64,000 nucleotides of DNA from an uncultured virus (IMG/VR IMGVR_UViG_3300021197_001705) (taxonomy: Duplodnaviria > Heunggongvirae > Uroviricota > Caudoviricetes), in IMG/VR virus record IMGVR_UViG_3300021197_001705; one strand, given 5' to 3'. Positions within the stretch are counted from its first letter, which is position 1. Every line of letters begins with the position of its first letter. The notes under the pieces were generated by a model. That model was not told where the DNA came from and did not search any database. It was given only the letters and a program-made list of their open reading frames with translations. This document shows positions 34,948 to 44,400 of the stretch, piece by piece. The position numbers and the translations under genes were made by a program.

Positions 34948-36036
34948 CTACGACTTATATTTTTCTATCAAGACTTCATCCATCAGAGAAATAACAGTCT
35001 CTCTAAAACTTTCTTCTTTTAGCTTATTAAGCCACTGTTTCGATTGAAATTTAACACTTTTTCCGTCTTTCCCTACCATTGTGTACCACGCCCCAGAGAG
35101 CGTGAAATTGGGGTGTTTTGAGGCTTTAAGGACATCTAGCCAAGACTCTTCATCTTGTATTCTGACCTCTGGGCCTCCCCACATTATCTTGAACTCGCAT
35201 ATTCTCCCTTCTGATCCCATTCTGGATTTCTTTATGAAGGCTTTAACGTGAGACCCAACTCTCACTCCATCGTCATCAAGTGCAAATGATGCCTTTGCTC
35301 TTCTCTTTGTAAGCCATATACGCAAAGAGGAAAAGTATTCGATTGCCTTGCCTCCCGGTGCTATATATGGCTCCATTAGGGCCTCCGCTGGTCTACTTGT
35401 GATATTGGTCTTCAACTGGTTGATCAACAGCAACGTTGATTCAGTATTTGCCAATGGAATCGTAAGTTTGGGAAATGCCTTCGAAAAAATTCTCGGCTTA
35501 ACCGCCATTGAAGATTGAGGGTTGTAATCTCCTTCAAGGTCTTTCTCAGATGGAGTTGCGGCAATGGAATCCCAGATAAAGAGAACTCTTGCGCCACTAT
35601 ACTCGCCCATTACATATTCCATTGTCTCCAATGTCTTTTCGACTGAGACTGCTTGTTGGTACAACAACTGATCCTTAGTGCAACCAGCTTTAACCAAAAA
35701 CTCTTCATCTATTGCTGACTCTGCGTCGAAATATACGACAAACATACCTTTCTTCTGAGCGTTTCCAGCAATCTGAGCGGCCATAAATGATTTTCCAGCA
35801 CCAGACAAGCCAGCAAGTTCGGTAATCTTCCCAACAGGAATACCAGCATATTCTCCGGGCTTAATTGTACAGTCAAGCCAGCGAGATCCAGTTGGAATCC
35901 AGTCTTTAACAGAAACTGGGTTGGATTCGTTCAAATCGTGGGCAACATTGATGCCCAATTTTTTATTTATTTTCTTGGCTAGGTCGCCAACGTTAATCTT
36001 TCCTGTGTGTTCACTCATTTCAATCACCTTCCCCAT
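34948..36036 (-). CDS. recA: RecA/UvsX recombinase
   Basis: IPTGS, ELAGLSGAGKS, FDAE, WDSIAA, INQLK, PGGKAIEY. Confidence 0.93.
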   Translation of the reverse strand: MGKVIEMSEHTGKINVGDLAKKINKKLGINVAHDLNESNPVSVKDWIPTGSRWLDCTIKPGEYAGIPVGKITELAGLSGAGKSFMAAQIAGNAQKKGMFVVYFDAESAIDEEFLVKAGCTKDQLLYQQAVSVEKTLETMEYVMGEYSGARVLFIWDSIAATPSEKDLEGDYNPQSSMAVKPRIFSKAFPKLTIPLANTESTLLLINQLKTNITSRPAEALMEPYIAPGGKAIEYFSSLRIWLTKRRAKASFALDDDGVRVGSHVKAFIKKSRMGSEGRICEFKIMWGGPEVRIQDEESWLDVLKASKHPNFTLSGAWYTMVGKDGKSVKFQSKQWLNKLKEESFRETVISLMDEVLIEKYKS

Positions 36037-36695
36037 TATGCCACCTCTTTGTTGTTTGAATCCAAGAATCGTGATAAGCAAAAGTCATCAACATCGTATT
36101 GACTATAAATTCTTGTTCCGTGTCTCCGGATATAAGTCCAAGACATCTTTGGATCGTTAAGAGATGTTCCAACTTCCAAAGTGTGTTCTATCCTTTTTAG
36201 GTCTGCCTCTGAAAATTTGTCCTTAATTAAAGGAAGGATATGTTTTTCATACTCTTTCATGCCATAGTATCCCAATGAGTTCTTTTTTGGTTGCCTGCCT
36301 TCGTAAAAAGGTGTCGCTACCTTTTCGATAAGCCATGGCTCTAAATCCTCATAGGTCATAGCATAATGCTCTTGCCAAGAACCATCAAAATCCGTACCCG
36401 AATATTCACTAAAAATGTAGACATCAGTTTTTGCCTTCCACTCTTCCATTTTATGCGGGTTAAACCCACGAGCAGTGCTAAGGCCAGTCTTGTTCTTGAT
36501 TTCTCTTAAGCCAGTTTTCTTATTTAACTTAAGTTGTTTTTCTGGTTTTGTTTTTAATTCAATTGTAACCAGCTTACCATTTACCATTTTCTTAGCATCT
36601 GGTTCGTACTTGTTGCTCCGATTCGTTTCTGAGAATTCAGAAAGACCAAACAATTTCATTTGAGATTTCTCCCTTACATCATCTTGCGCTGCCAT
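36036..36695 (-). CDS. Hypothetical protein, possible PD-(D/E)XK endonuclease
   Basis: EPDAK...TIELKTK. Confidence 0.55.
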   Translation of the reverse strand: MAAQDDVREKSQMKLFGLSEFSETNRSNKYEPDAKKMVNGKLVTIELKTKPEKQLKLNKKTGLREIKNKTGLSTARGFNPHKMEEWKAKTDVYIFSEYSGTDFDGSWQEHYAMTYEDLEPWLIEKVATPFYEGRQPKKNSLGYYGMKEYEKHILPLIKDKFSEADLKRIEHTLEVGTSLNDPKMSWTYIRRHGTRIYSQYDVDDFCLSRFLDSNNKEVA

Positions 36696-36706
36696 TGTTT
36701 TCTCCT

Positions 36707-36823
36707 TTAGTGATACCTAATATAGGCTTCAGTTTCTGTCTCTGTTGTTTCGTCACCTGTGTCTGACGCTGAGTCTTCCTCATCACCACAAGCGATTAAT
36801 AAAATTAATAATAATATATTCAT
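36707..36823 (-). CDS. Tiny lipoprotein (38 aa, MNILLLILLIACGDEEDSASDTGDETTETETEAYIRYH)
   Basis: Translated by hand; lipobox LIAC; GGAG RBS. Confidence 0.65.
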   Translation of the reverse strand: MNILLLILLIACGDEEDSASDTGDETTETETEAYIRYH

Positions 36824-36835
36824 ATTTGCTCCAAT

Positions 36836-36869
36836 AAAAAAAATGCCCCATATTTATAGTGCAGGGGCA
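36836..36869 (-). terminator. Terminator-like hairpin after the SSB gene
   Basis: TGCCCC...GGGGCA plus T-tract. Confidence 0.6.
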
Positions 36870-36884
36870 AAACACTTAACCACA

Positions 36885-37661
36885 CTATCGAACCATTGAT
36901 GTATCGTTGTTCATAAATGATTTTAATGCATCATCGACAGTTTTTTGTTTATTATATTTTCCCGTTTCGCTTGAGAGAGACTCGGAGGATTCATCGGAGG
37001 ATAGGTATTCATCCAACAACGATTGAACTTCGGAGGTAGAATGTCGTTGGAAGAGAGTCTCCATCTCAGGTACAGAACTTAATAATTCATCACAATCAGC
37101 TACGTCTTCATCACACAACACTGATGGCCGTCGACGAGGCTTAAGCGTGGTCTTGGGAAAAGATCCCGGAGTTCCGGGGATGGCGTAGTTAAGTACAATA
37201 TCAGTACCTGTTTCGGCATGAGTAATGTCGCCATAATCCGGATCTAAAACGTAAGAAAGTAGAGTCTCATAAGCCATTTTACCATAAGCCCACACTCTTA
37301 CGCCTTTGCTTTCCTCACCTCTAACAATAATCGGTGAGTAATAGCGCTTTCGAGCAAATAATTTCTTTGCTTCTCTTTTAGCGGTATCGTCGTTACCTTC
37401 GACACCTTGTCGCCACAATTTTGAGGCGAAATCGCATATTGGACAGTCTTCCCCATGATTACGCTTGGGGCAAAGAATGCCGGGATTCCTTCCAACATTA
37501 TAATGGAAATGAAATTCCTTAAAAGGGTCGCCATCATCAGTAGGGATGATGCGAACAGTTTGATCACCCTCAGAAGGGCGCCATTTAGTGTTATCTTGTT
37601 TTTTGCCACCGTTACGTGACGCTTCGAGCTTTGCTCTCATTTGTTCTATATTTAAAGCCAT
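36885..37661 (-). CDS. Single-stranded DNA-binding protein (T4 gp32-like)
   Basis: VRIIP...FHY...CPK...CPIC, VWAYGK, YGDIT, acidic tail. Confidence 0.8.
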   Translation of the reverse strand: MALNIEQMRAKLEASRNGGKKQDNTKWRPSEGDQTVRIIPTDDGDPFKEFHFHYNVGRNPGILCPKRNHGEDCPICDFASKLWRQGVEGNDDTAKREAKKLFARKRYYSPIIVRGEESKGVRVWAYGKMAYETLLSYVLDPDYGDITHAETGTDIVLNYAIPGTPGSFPKTTLKPRRRPSVLCDEDVADCDELLSSVPEMETLFQRHSTSEVQSLLDEYLSSDESSESLSSETGKYNKQKTVDDALKSFMNNDTSMVR

Positions 37662-37710
37662 GATATTTTTTCCTTTTGTTAGCTAAGTTTTTTGTCTATA
37701 AAGACTAAGG

Positions 37711-37733
37711 TCGGAGGGGAAATCCCCTCCGCC
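37711..37733. terminator. GC-rich hairpin in the SSB leader
   Basis: CGGAGGGG aaat CCCCTCCG. Confidence 0.5.
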
Positions 37734-37740
37734 ATGATTA

Positions 37741-37769
37741 AATATAACCTATTGGTTATTGATTGTCAA
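37741..37769 (-). promoter_or_regulatory. Sigma70-type promoter for the SSB gene
   Basis: TTGACA-N17-TATATT. Confidence 0.65.
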
Positions 37770-38007
37770 ATGAACGATTGACAGATTGTGATGAAACGGT
37801 CCCTACGACAGTCCCATGGTTGAATGTACGGAAACCATTCCTTTCCGTGTCATATACAACTTCAATTTCACCATTACTTTTTGGATAACGATCCTTTGTC
37901 GAAGTTACCATAGTTTTTGGAAGATCAGTGATCTTGATAAAACTCATTGTTCGACGGTTTCCGTTACGCTTTACGAATGTTCCGGTGTATTGTGTAAATG
38001 TACTCAT
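37756..38007 (-). CDS. Small Sm/SH3-like protein (WYL_2/DUF2693-like)
   Basis: TFVKRNGNRRTM...VYDTERNGFRTFN. Confidence 0.7.
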   Translation of the reverse strand: MSTFTQYTGTFVKRNGNRRTMSFIKITDLPKTMVTSTKDRYPKSNGEIEVVYDTERNGFRTFNHGTVVGTVSSQSVNRSFDNQ

Positions 38008-38147
38008 GTTACCTCCAGTGTATTGTTTATGAGTGGGTGCGAGATTTTTGCTTTCTTGATAAGATAGAGTGTGATATTGTGTGATTAAAGTATATCATCA
38101 AAGACCAAATGCAATACAAAGTTTATCTCTTTTTGTTGTTCTCTTCT

Positions 38148-38175
38148 AATATAACCTATTGAGAAAAATTGTCAA
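38148..38175 (-). promoter_or_regulatory. Sigma70-type promoter
   Basis: TTGACA-N16-TATATT. Confidence 0.6.
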
Positions 38176-38187
38176 GTTTTTTTTCAA

Positions 38188-39000
38188 TTATTTTTCCTCC
38201 ATAGATTGTATATAATGCGTGAATTTAATTGAATAAAAATATGATTGTTTATGTTGAGACGAATAAATTACAAAAGAAGAATTAATATTCTTTTCTTCGT
38301 CAGCAATAACTCGGTTTCTTATAATTGGAATCAGATTTTTATTTTTTTCTAGATTTTCCTTACTTACACTATAAATATACCACGTTTCTGTGGTATTGTC
38401 AAGTAAAAATAGTAAGTTTTCTTCGTCTTCGCTGAAGTTGCCGATTGAAACTGTGTAAATTTTTGAAATTAATTTTGTTTCATGTAGTGAGCCCATAACT
38501 GACTCTTCCGATTTAAACCATTCTATAGTTTCAATGGTATTTGATATAATCGTATTAAGGCTAGAATACATATCCATTATTGACTGGTCGCCTATAGATT
38601 TCAATGTTTCTCGATTTGAAACCAAACACATGGTACTGAAAAGGCCAGATCTTGTATACTCCTGTAGTACATTGTACACTACTTTGTGCCTTCTCATTAT
38701 TGTAGGACCAGATAAGTTAGGGTCCGGGCATATATAAATAATATTTATCTTTTTATGCTTAATGGTCTCCAAAAGTGCAAGAGATGCAGATGAACATCTA
38801 CTACCGCCACAAACTACAAACCAACACTCGTCCTCTTTAAAGGACAGTTTCTTTTTAAACTTTGGACAGTGTTCTTCAAAGTCCTCTTCCTTCTTACACT
38901 TAGATGGAAAATCAGATTCGGTTATGCATATCTTTTTATGAATGCTGGAAAAACTGTTGACAATACCAGTTCCTGCTGTTCCTAATCCTATTAAGACCAT
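38188..39000 (-). CDS. Divergent tubulin/FtsZ-like protein
   Basis: LIGLGTAGTGIVN (T1 loop); VCGGSRCSSAS (degenerate GGGTGS); LVSN; YSSLNTII. Confidence 0.65.
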   Translation of the reverse strand: MVLIGLGTAGTGIVNSFSSIHKKICITESDFPSKCKKEEDFEEHCPKFKKKLSFKEDECWFVVCGGSRCSSASLALLETIKHKKINIIYICPDPNLSGPTIMRRHKVVYNVLQEYTRSGLFSTMCLVSNRETLKSIGDQSIMDMYSSLNTIISNTIETIEWFKSEESVMGSLHETKLISKIYTVSIGNFSEDEENLLFLLDNTTETWYIYSVSKENLEKNKNLIPIIRNRVIADEEKNINSSFVIYSSQHKQSYFYSIKFTHYIQSMEEK

Positions 39001-40181
39001 GATATCTCCCTTAAATCGCGAAGATTGTGCCCAACTTGTACAGAGGACTTAAACCAGCCCAATTGCGTGTCTTCAAACAACTCTTGGATTTGTGGTAGCA
39101 GATTTCGATCTGTAAAATCCAGATCAATTGTAATCGAATCATGCACAACCGAATGAACAAAAGACTTATTGTTAGTCAGGAACTTATTTATCTTAATGCA
39201 TTGAGTCATACAATTATCTGACGATGACGATTGCAGCAGGTAGTTCAAAGCATGGAAGTCGTCAGCCTCTATTTCTCTACCAAAAGGAGTTGAAACCACG
39301 CTACCATTATAATATTTATTTAACAAAAGGTTGCGGTCATAATGTTCCGACTGGACAACATCAGAGTGTGGGTTATAGAACCAAGCGAGAAACTTCTTCT
39401 TTGCCTTGCTTCGTTCCGTTACGTTCTCAAGTACATTCTCCATATTCCATGTGTGGATATCTACAGGGGGATGAGTGCCTGTAGATAGAGAAATAAAGGT
39501 GCGAATCTCCGCACCATTAAGGTCGAATTGAACAAAAACATCATTTTTTGGAACAACACAATTTGCAATTTCTTTTTTCAGGTTCATTATCGGGAAAGAT
39601 CCCTGTTTTGTGGTCAACCTGCCTGTCTTAGATCCCCAAACATCGTAGCAAATAGGCTTGTTTTCGCCACCTAGTGAATTAAGCAGCGCCTTTGCCTTCA
39701 GGTCAGTTTTGGATGCCTTTCTGAGGGTATTTTGATCGACCAAGATAGGGTTACGAGATATATCGTTAGCCATCTGGTGTAGGTCAACCATAAAGCCGTG
39801 ATTTTGAGGCTGCTGTTTGTTTTTAAAGATCCATTCGCATATTTCATTTTTGATTTCACAATAATGCATTAAATGCTGCTCTGGTATAACTTCAAATAAA
39901 CAAAGCTCACTAAGTTTTATTTTCGCATTCAATGCTGAGTTGATGAAGGATCGGATTTTGGATTCTCTTTTTTCGAATCTTGATCGGAGATGCTCTGGAG
40001 CCGCTTTAGAAATGGATTCACCACCAGAATAAATGCTAGCATAACGAATATCGCGATTACCAAACCGCTTATCCCATTGCCAAGTTCCTGTGACGTTATC
40101 AGGTATTCTATCATATGTAAATTTTCCATTGCTATATACTCCAAAGCATTCTACTTTATCATCAAGAATTTGAAAGTTCAT
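38991..40181 (-). CDS. Compact family A DNA polymerase-like protein (polymerase domain only)
   Basis: KTGRLT, FDLNGAEIR (motif A), RSKAKKKFLAWFY (B), ALNYLLQS, VHDSI (C). Confidence 0.8.
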   Translation of the reverse strand: MNFQILDDKVECFGVYSNGKFTYDRIPDNVTGTWQWDKRFGNRDIRYASIYSGGESISKAAPEHLRSRFEKRESKIRSFINSALNAKIKLSELCLFEVIPEQHLMHYCEIKNEICEWIFKNKQQPQNHGFMVDLHQMANDISRNPILVDQNTLRKASKTDLKAKALLNSLGGENKPICYDVWGSKTGRLTTKQGSFPIMNLKKEIANCVVPKNDVFVQFDLNGAEIRTFISLSTGTHPPVDIHTWNMENVLENVTERSKAKKKFLAWFYNPHSDVVQSEHYDRNLLLNKYYNGSVVSTPFGREIEADDFHALNYLLQSSSSDNCMTQCIKINKFLTNNKSFVHSVVHDSITIDLDFTDRNLLPQIQELFEDTQLGWFKSSVQVGHNLRDLREISWS

Positions 40182-41408
40182 CTACCCTCCACGTCTATTT
40201 TCATAATTTTTATTTGATCTGATGATCGAGTTGATTCCGCCGTTCTTGGATTTGAAAGTCTGACGGAATCTTTCGTTAATATATCCCATTGCTCTCTGAA
40301 TGTCAAATCTTATAGCAAAGTTATTTGCATTTTTTATTAAAATATTGAGATCAGCTTTTCTAAATATGTAATTTTCTTCAATATTTTTCATATTTGCATA
40401 AATACTTATTATCCTTGACTGTTTAACAGATTCTGTTATACTATTAATATTATTTCTATTTATTATATTATATATTAATTTATTATTATTACATGTACTA
40501 TATTTTTTCTCTATAGGATAAAACAATACAAATTTATTATAGTTTCTTGTAATCACCTCTTCTAATAACTGTATATCTAGTGTATATGCGTCATCAAATC
40601 TATTAGCGAATAAGGAAGCTGGTGAAGTTATAAGCCTCTGGGCCAAATGGTTTTGTTTCATAACTTGTGAATCTATATCAGCGAATATGACCCATGGAGA
40701 ATTTTTAGATACATTAAATCCGTTTTGTTTACAGACGTTTAGGTAATATTGGAATGCCGGATTAGATAAAAAATTAACATCCTTAACAGTGTCATTGTCT
40801 ATACTCAGATCAGCAATACTTATGGCCAACCCAGAAGTGAAAATCGATGATTTATTTGTCTTTTGCCAAGATGAGAATGTAAGAGGAAGCGTAGATGTTA
40901 AAACTTTCAAATAATTTACAAGTTCACTCATGTAGTCATTAATTGTAATAATATTTGCTCTTCGGTTTTGAGCAACAATATATGTTTCTGCGTAGACCTT
41001 TAGCATGTCTTCCATATATTGGGAATACAAATCCACTGGGCTTTCATAGCCCTTTACAGCGTTGATTACCGATAAGTACGGATCGTCTTGGGGTACTTTG
41101 TTAAGTAAGCATGCGTTTCTAAAAGCACTTTGGACATTTTGAAAGGCCTCAAGGACAAAGTCAAATACCCTTACTGCCTCCTCTTGTGCCTGTGGTGCTG
41201 ATACACTTACTAAAAAATCCTCTTTAGGTACGACTGGTAACATATTTGTATCAACCCTGCCATACATTTGGAATTCTCCAAAAGTTAAATCTCTTAAACT
41301 GTTAGATATTTCAAAATCGTTATATGCATTAAGGTGAAAGTTGCTTCTTTCATAATATAACTTTATACTCGATTTTATTGAGTTTCTTCCTTTAAATTTG
41401 CTAGCCAT
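40182..41408 (-). CDS. Hypothetical protein (408 aa), end of the baseplate module
   Basis: ORF track; GGAGG RBS. Confidence 0.75.
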   Translation of the reverse strand: MASKFKGRNSIKSSIKLYYERSNFHLNAYNDFEISNSLRDLTFGEFQMYGRVDTNMLPVVPKEDFLVSVSAPQAQEEAVRVFDFVLEAFQNVQSAFRNACLLNKVPQDDPYLSVINAVKGYESPVDLYSQYMEDMLKVYAETYIVAQNRRANIITINDYMSELVNYLKVLTSTLPLTFSSWQKTNKSSIFTSGLAISIADLSIDNDTVKDVNFLSNPAFQYYLNVCKQNGFNVSKNSPWVIFADIDSQVMKQNHLAQRLITSPASLFANRFDDAYTLDIQLLEEVITRNYNKFVLFYPIEKKYSTCNNNKLIYNIINRNNINSITESVKQSRIISIYANMKNIEENYIFRKADLNILIKNANNFAIRFDIQRAMGYINERFRQTFKSKNGGINSIIRSNKNYENRRGG

Positions 41409-41432
41409 TGAAATTGTACCTCCATACCATAA

Positions 41433-44400
41433 CTATTCGTCGCTACTCCATGTGTCAAAAAGACCCCTACCCGGTTCCTGCGAAAACGTCAGCGAAATAC
41501 CAGATGACTCTGGTTCCTTAGTTTCTTCCTCTAATCTCTTAATAGCATCTTTATCTGATTCTTCGTCGCTCGTATCAAAGGCATCAGGACGGGACGCTTC
41601 AGCAAATGGTGGCGCCGGATTCACTATCTCTAATGGATTCCCTTGTTCATCATATGTCATACCCCCCGATCTCCAACCAATCTTGACCCATCTACCGTGC
41701 TCCGCAGACTCAGCAACCCATCCCCACGGAGATTCTTTTTCGGGATCTACTTTCTTGGAGTCCTTTTCCATATTCTCGTTAGGTAATTTTTCTTTAGCGG
41801 CCTTTGAGGCCGTTTCAGATACAGACGGCACCCCAGCGCTGGCGCCTACTGCGCCTCCGAAATTAACAACAGTAGGTGCAGGCCCAGACAAACCAATCGT
41901 TTTTAGGCCTGCTGACTGCTCTGCAAATAGCCCTTGTAATTGTTGTTGTCTGTGGTTTATAAATACGTTGCAATACGTTTTTTCTGCACTTGTTTGTTTT
42001 TCTCCGCTAGGCTTTGTGCCTAACTTGCTAGCACCACTCTTAGCGCTTTTATCTGGCTCTTTAACCTTTGGTTTCACAGCCGGCTTCTTTTTACCACTAT
42101 AGCCTTTGCCACCATCACCGCTATATGTAAATAATGCTTTAACATTTGTGGAAAACTTGCCCGGAGTGATTTCGCAAGAAACTCTGATTATTTGATGGTA
42201 GCCGCCAAATCCGAGTTTGTTTGCTGCCGAGCCGGGTCTTCGTGGGTCCATTTCGTGGCCTGTCCCAAGAGAGGTTGGCTCTATCCACAGATTCATTCCG
42301 GGAAAATACAACGTGTTACCGATCATATCAATGCTAGCTTGATACACTGCTCCCAGTTGTAGTAAACCGTCATTACCTTGCTCGATAAACCTAGATTCCC
42401 TCAAATATACCATATCTGTTTTGGTAAACTTTATCTTTTTTAGAAGACCTGCTCTCGCTCCAATCTCGTAATGATATACTCCCGCTTTTGCATCTTCTTT
42501 TAGATTACCTGAACCGTTGTATTTGTCGGTCCCTTGCTTGGGGTATAAAACAAGATACTGCTGGAAATCTTTAGAATGCATATTGGACTCTACTGCCTTA
42601 ATCGGTAATCCGCCACCTTTTTTGAAATGCTTATCGGTATAAATAATACCATCTTTACCACTCCTCAAACTTCTTAACGGGTCTCCGCCGTTATTGCCAG
42701 ACCCTACAAACGCAGTATGTGAGAAGTCAGTTTTTTTAACGTCCTTAAGGTCATGACACTTTTCGCTAAGAACATCTACTACAAGGTTTCTTGTTAGATC
42801 TCTTATCATATCCATGACAGGGTATGACTTTCTTTCTCCTTTGATTACTTGTTGTGTCATAAACTCAAGAAAATAATCAACAGCAACAGGGATCTCAGCA
42901 ACATTCATAGGAATTACAGCACTTCGTGCTTTCGGTTTTTTTTCTATGTAATCGAAGCTTGGCAAAAGAATGTTTATATTTTTTAAATGACATATTCTTT
43001 CACCTACTTCTTGGTTGCTTTTAGAATCAAAGTTTTCAAATGCTTGTGGGTCTACTTTGTCAGTAACTCTATTTTTAGGATAGTGCATCGCGTCCAACAC
43101 TGTGTGAATCAGATCTCCTAAGAAGAAAAAGCTCACTGTGTCTTCCGCGTCTTTTAAAGATGGTAATTGCTCGAATGTCCTTGTAGACTTCAGATCTTTC
43201 TCTTCTGGTTTTGTTAGTGTCTTTTTTGCAGCGTCAGCAGCCTTTTTGACCTTTTCAGCACTTTCTACTTTTTCTACGGCCTCTTTTTTCGGAGGTGGTG
43301 TTTTCGATTTGCCACTGGTGTGGTCTTTAAGTTTAGCGTCTCCGTATGTACCCTTGTTGTTGGGCCATTCCAGCTTTGGAGCGCCTTCAAAGACTTTTCC
43401 GCCTTTTAATTTAAAACCACCGCCTATTTGATTTCTATTTATTTTACAAAAATGAACATGCCCTCTCATCATCATTCTTTTCATGATTGAGCGATAAGCG
43501 GCGATTCTAAATTCGTCATCGATGGCAGCATATGTTGCTCTTAGTTCTTTATATTGGTCGACGCTACAATCGCCATCGTTAATTAGTTTTTGTAGTTCTG
43601 CTCCGAATTGGGCCCTGTGTCCAATTATCATTGGAGACGCTAGAGCATCTATATGTTTATCTTGTAGTGCAGTTTCAGTATAGGCGCGATAACTGGCTTT
43701 TATTTCGATATTTCCATTCTCTTTTATGTCCATCTCGTGGTCAACCAATGTTAAATAAAAGCTTTTGTTTATTCTGTTGATTGCATCGTTAACATTATCA
43801 GCCGTTATTCCTAAATCACCTCTCCTGTTAAAGAGTTCTCTTACTTTACCTGTTATGTTCTGCCAGCCTACATCTACTCTTACTCTGTAGTTTTCAGAGT
43901 TCTGTTGTGCGTAGGGGTTGAAAGATCCTTGATCTTTTTTAGTTTTTGTTTTTGTGTTCTCCGGATGAAGCAGCAAATCAACATATCTATATTCCGATGA
44001 GCCGTTGTCGCGTTTTTTTATTATTTCTTCGAAACTTTGAAAAAACAATGTCAATTCCATGCCTATTGCAGATCTTGCTTCCGCTGGGTTTGTTCCTTCG
44101 TAGGTCCAATTCAAACTTTTTATACCACTACCGTTACCCCGATCAATTCCGGCTTTTAGGTTACGAAGGGCGCTTATTCTGCTTGGGTCTTCGAAGTTGG
44201 GAAAAGCTATTTCTTGCTGATAAAGGTCACAACCCTGATTCCAAATTTTAAACAACCTTATCTTCGGAGTAAGAGCGGAAACTAAATCAGGTGTCAATTT
44301 CATAAACGGCTCAATATCTTCCATCTTTGGAACAAATAATTGATTCAAGATATCCCTTCTACGTAATTTGTTAGTGTCAACCATAATGAACCTATTGTCA

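Noticed and set aside
11706..36036. Bacterial chromosome or prophage flank (groL, clpP, dnaE, recA, thyX)
   Set aside because: These genes are divergent, not in bacterial operon context, and co-oriented and interleaved with phage genes. No integrase or att site was seen.
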